Shown: positions 1-7,211 of the stretch, in pieces
How the letters are laid out: each line of letters begins with the position of its first letter
Numbering within the stretch: the first letter of the stretch is position 1
NCBI GenBank assembly: GCA_041745855.1
Contig: JBGTIE010000568.1
Location: forward strand, 1-34,612
Length of the DNA stretch: 34,612 bases
Direction: 5' to 3'
DNA from: Lysobacterales bacterium
GTDB lineage: Bacteria > Pseudomonadota > Gammaproteobacteria > Xanthomonadales > SZUA-5
Translations under genes and position numbers: made by a program
The notes under the pieces: generated by a model
What the model was told of the DNA's origin: nothing
What the model saw: the letters and a program-made list of their open reading frames with translations, nothing else
The model's database searches: none

Positions 1-158
1 GCAGCCTCGATCGCTGCCGCGGGCGGCTGGCCCGCTTCTTCGCCATCGGGCCGGTTGTTGATGATCGCGCGGAAGCCGCGGGCGGCGGCGAGCGCCACAT
101 CGGCCGCGGTGATCTGCGCGCTGACGGAGAAGGTCGACGAGATCAGTTTCGTGTCCAT
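1..158 (-). CDS. 5' part of a DUF442/TIGR01244-like (phosphatase-fold, sulfur-metabolism-linked) gene, truncated by the left window edge
   Basis: It is absent from the ORF track because it runs off the window. A minus-strand ATG at 158-156 is followed by MDTKLISSTFSVSAQITAADVALAAARGFRAIINNRPDGEEAGQPPAAAIEA. The SVSxQI / GFRxIINNRPDGE / QP pattern is how I remember DUF442 N-termini. It lies on the same strand as the MBL gene, 66 nt downstream. Confidence 0.5.
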   Translation of the reverse strand, partial: MDTKLISSTFSVSAQITAADVALAAARGFRAIINNRPDGEEAGQPPAAAIEA

Positions 159-224
159 GGCGGTTCCCGGTGCGGTGGCATCGACCGGCGTTGTGAGCGC
201 CGGCACTGGGTCAGGGCGCGTGGT

Positions 225-1094
225 TCAGAGCGCGTCGATCGGTATCTTCAGGTAGCGCATGCCGTTGTCTTCTGCCGGCGGCAGCTCACCGGCGCGCATG
301 TTCACCTGCACGCTCGGGAGGATCAGCCGCGGCATCGCCAGGGTGGCGTCGCGCGCGGTGCGCATGGCGACGAAGTCGTTCTCGCTGATGCCGCCGCCGA
401 CGTGGACGTTGTGCGCCTTTTCGTCGCCGACCGTGGTTTCGAAGGCGTACTCATTGCGGCCCGGTGCCTTGTAGTCGTGGCACATGAACAGCCGGGTCGA
501 TTCGGGCAGAGCGAAGATCTTCTGGATCGACTGATACAGCGTGCTGGCATCACCGCCGGGGAAGTCACAGCGCGCGGTGCCGTAGTCGGGCATGAACAGG
601 GTGTCGCCGACGAAGCCGGCGTCGCCGATCACGAAGGTCATGCAGGCCGGGGTATGGCCGGGGGTGTGGATCGCGGTGGCCTGCAGCGAACCGATGGTGA
701 ACTGCTCGCCATCTTCGAGAAGCTGGTCGAACTGCGAGCCATCACAAGCGAATTCGGTGCCGGCGTTAAACACCTTGCCGAACACGCACTGCACGATGCG
801 GATGTTGGAACCGATTGCAAGCTTGCCGCCGAGCGTTTCCTTCAGATACGGCGCAGCCGAGAGGTGATCGGCGTGCACGTGGGTCTCGAGGATCCATTCG
901 ACGTCGAGGCCCTGTTCGCGCACGAAGGCGATGATCGCGTCAGCGCCGGCGCGCGAGGTGCGCCCGGAGGCCGGGTCGTAGTCGAGCACCGGATCGATGA
1001 TCGCTGCCTTGCGGGTGGCCGCGTCGGAGACGACGTAGCTGAAGGTGAAGGTCGGCTCGTCGAAGAACATGTGCACATCGGGGGTGCGGATCAT
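225..1094 (-). CDS. MBL-fold metallo-hydrolase, persulfide dioxygenase (ETHE1/Blh)-like
   Basis: The track ORF is 225..1148. I prefer the internal ATG at 1094 (MIRTPDVHMFFDE...). It has a GGGAGA Shine-Dalgarno about 7 nt upstream and overlaps the ArsR stop as ATGA. The protein carries the HVHADH (HxHxDH) metallo-beta-lactamase motif and a later HTPGHT. Its operon partner is a BigR-type regulator. Confidence 0.88.
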   Translation of the reverse strand: MIRTPDVHMFFDEPTFTFSYVVSDAATRKAAIIDPVLDYDPASGRTSRAGADAIIAFVREQGLDVEWILETHVHADHLSAAPYLKETLGGKLAIGSNIRIVQCVFGKVFNAGTEFACDGSQFDQLLEDGEQFTIGSLQATAIHTPGHTPACMTFVIGDAGFVGDTLFMPDYGTARCDFPGGDASTLYQSIQKIFALPESTRLFMCHDYKAPGRNEYAFETTVGDEKAHNVHVGGGISENDFVAMRTARDATLAMPRLILPSVQVNMRAGELPPAEDNGMRYLKIPIDAL

Positions 1095-1432
1095 CGCTTT
1101 TTCTCCCTGTATGTCGGGCCGGTCGGGGCCGGCTTGAAGGCCGCGCACAGTGCGCCCATGAGCAATCGGATGCGGCCGTCGGCCAGGGTGTAGAACACCT
1201 GCCTGGACTCACGCCGGGTGCTGACGATGCCATCGGCGCGCAGCCGGGCGAGGTCACGTGAGAGGTTGGGCTGGCGCACGCCGGTGGCCTGTTCGATCTC
1301 CGACACCGAGCGCTCGCCCTCCATCAGCTCGCAGGCCACCAGCAGCCGGTTGGGGTGGGACAGCAGCTTCAACAGCCCCGACACCTCCTCGGCGCGGGTG
1401 CGGAATTCCTGCAGATCGATCGCCATGTCCAT
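1091..1432 (-). CDS. ArsR/SmtB-family winged-helix repressor, BigR/SqrR-like two-cysteine persulfide sensor
   Basis: The track ORF is 1091..1483. I moved the start to the ATG at 1432 (MDMAIDLQEF...), which has GAGGA about 9 nt upstream. It shows LKLLSHPNRLLVACEL...SVSEIEQATGVRQPNLSRDLARLRADGIV, an ArsR HTH. Two Cys residues (C34 and C96 from the proposed start) have spacing similar to the redox pair of BigR/SqrR. There is a 4-nt overlap with the MBL gene. Confidence 0.85.
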   Translation of the reverse strand: MDMAIDLQEFRTRAEEVSGLLKLLSHPNRLLVACELMEGERSVSEIEQATGVRQPNLSRDLARLRADGIVSTRRESRQVFYTLADGRIRLLMGALCAAFKPAPTGPTYREKKR

Positions 1433-1477
1433 TGGATGCCGTCCTCGTGGGTCGTGCGCTCTTCCCGCGCATGCCAA

Positions 1478-1510
1478 CATCATATATCATTTTCGATAAG
1501 TGATAAATGT
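1478..1510. promoter_or_regulatory. AT-rich imperfect palindrome in the divergent promoter region; candidate BigR-type operator / -10 elements
   Basis: ACATCATATATCATTTTCGATAAGTGATAAATG is the only AT-rich patch between the divergent ArsR (start 1432) and YeeE (start 1563) genes. It contains TATCA-N11-TGATA. No experimental or consensus match could be computed. Confidence 0.3.
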
Positions 1511-1562
1511 CTGGGCGGCGACTGCCCTCCGGATACCAGCCTGCAGACGAGGTCGATACACC

Positions 1563-1988
1563 ATGGACTACGCCACCGCTTTCACCCCCTGGAGCGCACT
1601 CGCCGGAGGCGCGCTGATCGGACTTTCCGCCGTGCTGTTGATGCTCGCCAACGGCCGTATCGCTGGTATTTCCGGCATTGCCGGCGGCCTGATAGGCCCA
1701 CGAACGCCCGACCGCGGCTGGCGCGCGGCCTTCATCGGCGGCCTCGTGATTGCCCCGTTGCTGTATCTCGCGTTTGGACCGGTGATCGAGTTCACGGTCA
1801 CCGTTCCGGCGCCGCTCTTGATCGTCGCCGGACTGCTGGTCGGCATTGGCACCCAGATGGGCTCGGGCTGTACGTCCGGCCACGGAGTGTGCGGCATATC
1901 GCGCTTCTCGCCGCGCGGCATCGCGGCCACGGTCACCTTCATGGCAACAGGCGCGCTCGCGGTGTACCTCGTCCGTCATGTCTTCTGA
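1563..1988 (+). CDS. YeeE/YedE-family (DUF395, sulfur-compound transport) half-size membrane protein
   Basis: The track ORF is 1500..1988. I set the start at ATG 1563 (MDYATAFTPW...), with GAGG 11 nt upstream. The protein is hydrophobic with multiple transmembrane segments. GSGCTSGHGVCG is the conserved Cys-containing YeeE/YedE motif. Confidence 0.85.
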   Translation: MDYATAFTPWSALAGGALIGLSAVLLMLANGRIAGISGIAGGLIGPRTPDRGWRAAFIGGLVIAPLLYLAFGPVIEFTVTVPAPLLIVAGLLVGIGTQMGSGCTSGHGVCGISRFSPRGIAATVTFMATGALAVYLVRHVF

Positions 1989-2113
1989 AGGAGTCCGGCT
2001 CGCCCGAGTCGGTGCGCTGATTCGCGCATCAAACACCGCGAATTCGATGTTGCCTGCTCTTCCTGACCCCTCAGCCCTCAGCCCTCAGCCCTGTGTTTGG
2101 AGGGAGAATCCCG

Positions 2114-2542
2114 ATGATCCGTATCGTTTCAAGTCTATTTGCCGGCCTGGTGTTCGGGCTCGGCCTGGTCATCTCCGGGATGATCAACCCGGCCAAGGTG
2201 CAGAACTTCCTGGACGTGGCCGGTACCTGGGACCCGAGCCTGGCGCTGGTGATGGGCGCGGCGCTGGTGGTGGCCGGGGTCGGGTACCGGTTGGTGCTGC
2301 GGCGCGAGCGGCCGCTGTTCGAGGCGAGTTTCCAGGTGCCGACGCTGCGCACACTGGACGCCAGCTTGCTCGGCGGTGCGGCGATCTTCGGCTTCGGCTG
2401 GGGAGTGGGCGGCTTCTGCCCAGGCCCGGCGATCACTGCGGCGGCACTCGGGCAAACCGATGTGTACCTGTTCCTGGCCGCGATGTTCGCCGGGATCGCG
2501 GGGTATCGCTGGTTAGCGGTGAGCGCGACGCCCCCACGTTGA
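2114..2542 (+). CDS. Second half-size YeeE/YedE-like (DUF6691-type) membrane protein
   Basis: The track ORF is 2093..2542. I set the start at ATG 2114 (MIRIVSSLFAGLVFGLGL...), preceded by GGAGGGAG. It has a GWGVGGFCPGP motif, is hydrophobic throughout, and pairs with the upstream YeeE half as in BigR operons. Confidence 0.85.
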   Translation: MIRIVSSLFAGLVFGLGLVISGMINPAKVQNFLDVAGTWDPSLALVMGAALVVAGVGYRLVLRRERPLFEASFQVPTLRTLDASLLGGAAIFGFGWGVGGFCPGPAITAAALGQTDVYLFLAAMFAGIAGYRWLAVSATPPR

Positions 2543-2614
2543 ATAGCGGCGGCTTCCGGGGCTAAGCCAAAGCGGGTCTATCGGATCGTTGAACTTGCTT
2601 TGCGACGGGCAATC

Positions 2615-3199
2615 CTAGTGTCCGCGTAGGAACGCCAACAGTGGCGCGTAGTCCTTTGCATCCGCGGCTCGAATCGCCGCAAGATATCGGGATCGTTGTT
2701 CGTTTGCAGGTAGGTGAGTGCCCCAGGAGAATGCTTCGAGCCGGTGTTTCGTCAGATAGGCATCGGTGAACACGCGCGCACAGCGTCCATTGCCGTTCGC
2801 GAACGGATGAATCCAGGTCAGCCGGTGGTGCAGGCGCGCGCCTCGCTCGTGGAGCGAATAGGTGTTGTATTCGTCCCAGGCGCGCACGTCGTCGAAGAGG
2901 TTCTTCAATTCCCCAGTGATGGCGCTCGGTGCCACGCCGATGTTCTTTTCGGACGCTCGGTACGTGCCTGCCCACCGCCACACGTTACCGAACATATGCG
3001 TGTGCAGTTCGCGCAGGAAATCCTGCGTCGGCACGTCTCGCCGACCAACCAGCCGTTGCATCCACGCCTGCCCTTCGCGGATGTTCTCTTCCTCGGCCAC
3101 GTTCAGGTCGCCGCGCGTGGCGATCCACGCCGGGATCAGGCCAGCGGCCTCATCCGGATCGATAGGAGTCTGGCCGTCTTCCGTCGCTTCGTTGTTCAC
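2615..3199 (-). CDS. Fic-domain protein ('mobile mystery protein B' type)
   Basis: HPFANGNGRCAR fits the Fic core HxFx(D/E)GNGRxxR, with N at the D/E position. The GTG start overlaps the upstream stop as GTGA. From memory, this size and HTH pairing match TIGR02613 (B) and TIGR02612 (A). Confidence 0.85.
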   Translation of the reverse strand: MNNEATEDGQTPIDPDEAAGLIPAWIATRGDLNVAEEENIREGQAWMQRLVGRRDVPTQDFLRELHTHMFGNVWRWAGTYRASEKNIGVAPSAITGELKNLFDDVRAWDEYNTYSLHERGARLHHRLTWIHPFANGNGRCARVFTDAYLTKHRLEAFSWGTHLPANEQRSRYLAAIRAADAKDYAPLLAFLRGH

Positions 3200-3669
3200 T
3201 TCCGCTTCTTCCAGTTCTTCCAGAGCCGGCGATCGCTAATCAGGGAAGCGCTGTGCTCCTTCCTCCAATCGGCGAGGCTCGGGTCCTTCTCGTCCTGATC
3301 TTCCAGGCGCATGTGTGTACGCGTGCGGGCCTCCAGCTCTCTGGCCGCTCGGTCACGCTGCCGTTCGACCATTGCCTGCAACGGCTCTCTTGGAACAAGC
3401 GCGTACACCAGATCGCAATCCATCGCATCCGCGAGCCGCTGCAGGCTGTCGAGCTGGATCGTCTGTTTTTGTTCGGAGCCTTCCAGGCGGGACAGGACGC
3501 CACGGGTGATACCCATGCTAGCCGCGAGATCCGCCAGCGTCATGCCAAGGGCGGAGCGGATGGCTTTCGCCCAGCCGCCGCGCGGCACGGCCAACTGGTC
3601 GCGCCGCGTACGCAGCGTCGCCAGGCGTTCGTCGAGTCGGGTGCGGGCTAGGTTAGTCTTGGCAGTCAT
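3196..3669 (-). CDS. XRE-type HTH protein ('mobile mystery protein A' type), probable partner/antidote of the Fic protein
   Basis: RSALGMTLADLAASMGITRGVLSRLEGSE is an XRE-like HTH. The ATG is at 3669 and the gene is translationally coupled to the Fic gene. Confidence 0.8.
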   Translation of the reverse strand: MTAKTNLARTRLDERLATLRTRRDQLAVPRGGWAKAIRSALGMTLADLAASMGITRGVLSRLEGSEQKQTIQLDSLQRLADAMDCDLVYALVPREPLQAMVERQRDRAARELEARTRTHMRLEDQDEKDPSLADWRKEHSASLISDRRLWKNWKKRK

Positions 3670-3682
3670 GAGCCTGTTGCCT

Positions 3683-3760
3683 TATGAGACAACAGATTTA
3701 TACGATATGTTGTCTTATAGGACAACAAAACGGATTGGATTGTTGCTCTGCAGGACAACG
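3683..3760. promoter_or_regulatory. Cluster of GACAAC/GTTGTC repeats including a 12-bp imperfect palindrome; probable autoregulatory operator of the HTH-Fic operon
   Basis: TATGAGACAACA (3683-3694) and TGTTGTCTTATA (3708-3719) are inverted copies with one mismatch. Further GACAAC copies lie at 3721-3726 and 3754-3759. The cluster begins 14 nt upstream of the HTH gene start. Confidence 0.45.
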
Positions 3761-3826
3761 ATATAGCCCTATACCGCTGTATCGACAGCCTTTTCAGCCA
3801 TGGGCACGCGGATTTCGCCAGACAGC

Positions 3827-3930
3827 AACTTGCGGACCATGCAGAGGATCAGCAAGTGCAAGGCCAGCTTGTGGGCGCGCTTCATGTTCGACTAGCTAGA
3901 TGGCGCGCAGCAGCTTGCCAATCTCGTCGC
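3827..3930 (-). pseudogene. Internal fragment of a P4/SGI1-like integrase gene (decayed copy)
   Basis: A hand alignment to 33421-33523 inside the intact integrase gives roughly 80% identity with a 1-nt indel. The minus-strand translation reads ...DEIGKLLRAI, then hits TAG at 3896-3898. The intact gene reads ELGKLLRAIYQSSMKRAHKLALHLLILCMVRK. Confidence 0.7.
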
Positions 3931-3986
3931 GGAAGTGGCGATTTTGCTTGCTATGGTGCGGTTCTGCCGGAAGGGGCCGGTTGGCC

Positions 3987-4020
3987 TCGGAACCGAATCT
4001 ACTTGCCGATGCAGAAGCTC
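3987..4020. repeat. Distal att direct repeat (duplicated 3' end of mnmE)
   Basis: TCGGAACCGAATCTACTTGCCGATGCAGAAGCTC is identical to 34437-34470. Here the 19 mnmE-derived coding nt are preceded in frame by TAG, so this copy is not part of a gene. Confidence 0.85.
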
Positions 4021-4076
4021 TAAGGAATTCCCATCCTCTTGATCTAAAAGGCACCAACATATAGATTGCCTCATAC

Positions 4077-4097
4077 CATGGGCACGCATATGGGCAC
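4077..4097 (+). repeat. Two ATGGGCAC copies 12 bp apart; candidate integrase/excisionase arm-type sites (distal arm)
   Basis: The sequence is CATGGGCACgcatATGGGCAC. The same octamer with the same 12-bp phasing and orientation recurs at 34315-34335 at the other island end. Confidence 0.4.
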
Positions 4098-4299
4098 AGA
4101 CACAGTCCCCAGCACAGTTGCGCAACGTCGCTCCTAGAACTGGGGCGTAGTTCCCTTCTGTGGAGATCAGATGGACCAAAGTCCAAGTACGCCATCGTCA
4201 ATCTACGGATAACAACGCGGCAAAGTGGGCTGCTAGTGTCGTGGGGTATGGCGTAAAGCTAGCCAACTAGCACTAGCGCCCAAAGAGGTCTCAGCACCG

Positions 4300-6021
4300 T
4301 CAGGCATCGAACGACGCAAGGCTGTCGACTCTTATGAGCTCAAACAGCATGCAGTTGTATCCTTGGCGCCAATCGCTTAGGCGTCGCTTAACTCGGAAGC
4401 CGGATGCCTTTATCAGCTTCTCCAATAGTAAGACATCACCGGATTCGGAAAATCCAAATACAACTAACCCACCCGGCCTAAGGAACCGGTCCACGGACCG
4501 AAAAAACGATTTAATATCGCGATATCCCTCGTCGGTACAACCTCGCTCCAACATATCGTGAGGACGAGCGCCATGATAGGGTGCGTTCCACGTCACGACA
4601 TCATAACAGCCTGACACAGCGTCGAATCCGTCCGATTGGAATGCCTCGCCGTTGAAGACACCCAATCTTTCGAAATTAAGTTGAGTGTTCCTCACTGCCT
4701 CAGGGTTCACGTCCACTGCGACCACGCGAGCAGCACCCGCGCGCGCCGCATGGACGGATAAGACACCCGTGCCGCAACCGATCTCTAAGAACTCAAGTCC
4801 ACCCACAGCCACTAGGTTCTCAGCGTAGAACGAGCTGGACCAGTCATAGGCCGGCGACCACACGCCTGGCAAAACCAGAATGTTCACCCCCAGCACTTCT
4901 GTCTCGTAGGGAGTCCGGTGTGACCGCATACGCTCAAGCGCATTAGGCGTTGTAGGGTGAAGCATGTACTCCTTCGTGCTCGGGCTTTGCTCCTCACCCT
5001 CCGAATTACTGCGAAAATACTCTTGGTTCAATTTCTCGGGTAGCCTGATGCGCGTAGGGTCTGGCAGTTGCCTGAGCCAATCCTTCACAATCCTACATTG
5101 CGTGGCAGGATTCAGCATGACACCTCTAGGTTCCGAACCAATTAACGAGCGCGCTTGCTCGAGCCCCGCGAATACAAGCATTCTTGTCAAGAGAATCTCT
5201 TCCGGCCGTTCCCACTCGCGAACTCTGTCGAAGTTTATGGGATACCCACCGTTTAAAACAGTGCAGTGAAGCTTGCCTACCTGACCGTTAGCATCACTGA
5301 AGCGTCCAGTAATAGGAAGTCTTGCTAACACTGATCGGAACTCGACGTTGGACGACGAGCAACTTGCAAAGATCCTGCGTCCAGAGACTGAATCCAGATC
5401 TTGTCCAGCCATGGTATCAGTCCCAGTCGCCCCCAAGATCAATTCTGACGAAAGCATCAGTTGATCAGGATCGACACGAACGTGGCGTAAATCGCTAACG
5501 AAAGCGTATGGGTCCGTCGCAGATACCGGTACACCTTTAAACACCAACGCCCTGGTAATCGCTGTTCCTAGAGCCCCAAGACCGATAACGCCGACAGAGC
5601 GCCCATCGAGCAGACCGAGACTCTCGAGTTTGCGAAGAATGCCGCCCGCGATGATCTGCGATTCAAATAGTAACTTGGCGCCAGATCGACAGACAAGGAC
5701 GGTCGGACAACTCCAGTTCAATTGCATACCGGCTGTAGTTTGCTCGACAGCAGCGGTTTGCGCGACTAGCGACGCAGGCAACGCACGTTGCAACTCGCCC
5801 CCTTCGTCCAGTACAAGCAAGCGTTCTTGATCGAGCGCATCGAAACACCCTGAAAGATCCGAGCGTAACGAAACTTGCGGAGGTAGTACGATGCGCGGTT
5901 CGATAGTCGAGTAGTCTTTGCCGAACAGGTCTATGGACGAATACTCGCCGCTCGCGGAAATTTTTTCCAAGAGCCACGATAGCGAAGGCAGGAGATGTTG
6001 CCTAGCAACTAGCCTAGCCAT
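4300..6021 (-). CDS. Fusion protein: AdoHcy-hydrolase-like NAD(P)-binding Rossmann domain plus C-terminal class I SAM methyltransferase of the HemK/PrmC-like type (NAPY motif)
   Basis: GRSVGVIGLGALGTAITRALVFKGVPVSATDP is a GxGxxG Rossmann motif. It is followed by ILGATGTDTM...RRIFASCSSSNVEF, laid out like the AdoHcyase NAD domain. The C-terminal half has VLPGVWSP, LEIGCGTGVLSVHAARAGA..VVAVDVN (SAM motif I) and VVTWNAPY (the NPPY-class motif IV, with A for P). The ATG at 6021 overlaps the upstream stop by 8 nt. Confidence 0.8.
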   Translation of the reverse strand: MARLVARQHLLPSLSWLLEKISASGEYSSIDLFGKDYSTIEPRIVLPPQVSLRSDLSGCFDALDQERLLVLDEGGELQRALPASLVAQTAAVEQTTAGMQLNWSCPTVLVCRSGAKLLFESQIIAGGILRKLESLGLLDGRSVGVIGLGALGTAITRALVFKGVPVSATDPYAFVSDLRHVRVDPDQLMLSSELILGATGTDTMAGQDLDSVSGRRIFASCSSSNVEFRSVLARLPITGRFSDANGQVGKLHCTVLNGGYPINFDRVREWERPEEILLTRMLVFAGLEQARSLIGSEPRGVMLNPATQCRIVKDWLRQLPDPTRIRLPEKLNQEYFRSNSEGEEQSPSTKEYMLHPTTPNALERMRSHRTPYETEVLGVNILVLPGVWSPAYDWSSSFYAENLVAVGGLEFLEIGCGTGVLSVHAARAGAARVVAVDVNPEAVRNTQLNFERLGVFNGEAFQSDGFDAVSGCYDVVTWNAPYHGARPHDMLERGCTDEGYRDIKSFFRSVDRFLRPGGLVVFGFSESGDVLLLEKLIKASGFRVKRRLSDWRQGYNCMLFELIRVDSLASFDA

Positions 6022-7201
6022 CTAGAGTTGATTCCTTGCTGGCAAACTCAAGCACCATGATCTTCGAATAAGTCCCTTGAATTTCCTTGCATACAACTCT
6101 GTATGGATAATTCGAGTATTTAGGTACAATGTTTTCCGCTATCATAATATTTGCAAGATCAAGATAGAACTCGTTTACCGGTTTCTCATTCGCATCTCTC
6201 TGTTTGTTCTGCCGGTGGAATATTCTATTGATGTTCCTCCTGATACTGTCGCGTCTTTTCTTCGCGGGGTTATCTAAAGCGGCTTGCGCATAGGCGCCAA
6301 TTAGAAAATTATGCGAACCGACAGGGAACAACAAACGGCTCTCCGTTGCCCACGAAGCCGATGCAAGATGAATATTCTCGGGCTTGATGCCGGTCATACT
6401 CAACGCTGAAGCTTCGTTAGGGCTGAGCGATTCACCCGACTGAGCCAAGAAGAGAGGCTCGTTCCGCAACGGACGGTTGCAAGCATCCCATACTGCGTCG
6501 AGAAACACGTCAAGGATGGCATCCTTTGACACGGCTTTTGCATACTGGCGACCCCCGCCATCTCTGCGCTTGTTGAGTAGATCATCGTGTATTCGGTAGG
6601 CTTTCTCTTTGAACAATAGCAGTTCGTTGAAGTTAAAGGAATTAAGAGAGTCTCTGTAGATCTTCGCCCTGACCCACGAATACCTTAGGAGACGATCCAC
6701 TAGATCTGTTTCGTTTTCTCCGAATTGCGCTCCATCGATGAACAGGACCCTGGCGCCCTCTTGAAGTATTAGCGGTAAAATAAGATGGGGTTTGCTTGTA
6801 CCACCATCAGTGATAACAGGCTCGTTGTCAGGATGGATTCTCTGTACGCTTCGTGCACCGGCCTGGATCCGCCATGATTCGCCCCGCCGGGTTGGACCAC
6901 TGCACCCTAGCTTCGCGTCAAGAAAAGAGAAGTCACCTATCACATCGCCCTGCGAAAGAAGTCGAATCGGACGGTAAGCGGTCATTTCGAGAAATTCGTA
7001 GGACTCGTATATTTCTATCTTTCCGCTAAGAACGAAGCCAATCGGGGTGGAATAGTTTAAGTTATTCAAATCTATATCCTCACACTTCGCGTATTCAGCT
7101 ATCTTGCAAAAGACGTCTGCTGCAATCAAGGGGGCCCAAGATGCGATTGCTTGTTTGTCGACGTAATCTATGTCGCTGAATTGAATTGGTAGCAGCTTCA
7201 C
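6014..7201 (-). CDS. Hypothetical protein, possible N-terminal cNMP-binding-like beta-barrel; very low GC
   Basis: It has a GTG start at 7201 with AGGAG about 8 nt upstream. FVLSGKIEIYES...RLLSQGDVIGDFSFLD resembles the cyclic-nucleotide-binding fold signature, but weakly. The remainder is unrecognised. Two 60-nt lines gave 35% and 38% G+C. Confidence 0.65.
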   Translation of the reverse strand: MKLLPIQFSDIDYVDKQAIASWAPLIAADVFCKIAEYAKCEDIDLNNLNYSTPIGFVLSGKIEIYESYEFLEMTAYRPIRLLSQGDVIGDFSFLDAKLGCSGPTRRGESWRIQAGARSVQRIHPDNEPVITDGGTSKPHLILPLILQEGARVLFIDGAQFGENETDLVDRLLRYSWVRAKIYRDSLNSFNFNELLLFKEKAYRIHDDLLNKRRDGGGRQYAKAVSKDAILDVFLDAVWDACNRPLRNEPLFLAQSGESLSPNEASALSMTGIKPENIHLASASWATESRLLFPVGSHNFLIGAYAQAALDNPAKKRRDSIRRNINRIFHRQNKQRDANEKPVNEFYLDLANIMIAENIVPKYSNYPYRVVCKEIQGTYSKIMVLEFASKESTLDG

Positions 7202-7211
7202 AATAGCGCTC

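Larger units (their letters stand above)
2543..3986. mobile_element. Remnant of an older mnmE-site island (integrase fragment plus Fic/HTH pair)
   Basis: The right boundary is the inner 34-bp att repeat. The region contains an integrase fragment and an arm sequence homologous to the intact island (see the pseudogene feature). The left boundary is uncertain because only a weak att-like match exists at about 2581-2614. Confidence 0.4.

Noticed and set aside
402-2036. Long opposite-strand or alternative-frame ORFs over the BigR/Blh/YeeE genes (for example 402..1193 +, 1254..2036 -, 1355..2020 +, 1846..2565 +)
   Set aside because: These are typical high-GC shadow ORFs. Their products are Arg/Ala/Pro/Gly-rich low-complexity sequences without motifs, and they fully overlap ORFs that carry clear family signatures.
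2581-2614. Possible third, outermost att copy (TCGGATCGTTGAACTTGCTTTGCGACGGGCAATC)
   Set aside because: It shares only TCGGA, ACTTGC and a few scattered positions with the 34-bp repeat, and needs a 2-nt gap. That is too weak to call by eye. I kept it only as a pointer for a computed alignment.
3896-4201. 101-aa minus-strand ORF spanning the inner att repeat and the integrase fragment
   Set aside because: It is an artefact of reading through non-coding island-end DNA into the decayed integrase fragment. Only its last 11 residues or so (DEIGKLLRAI) are integrase-derived.
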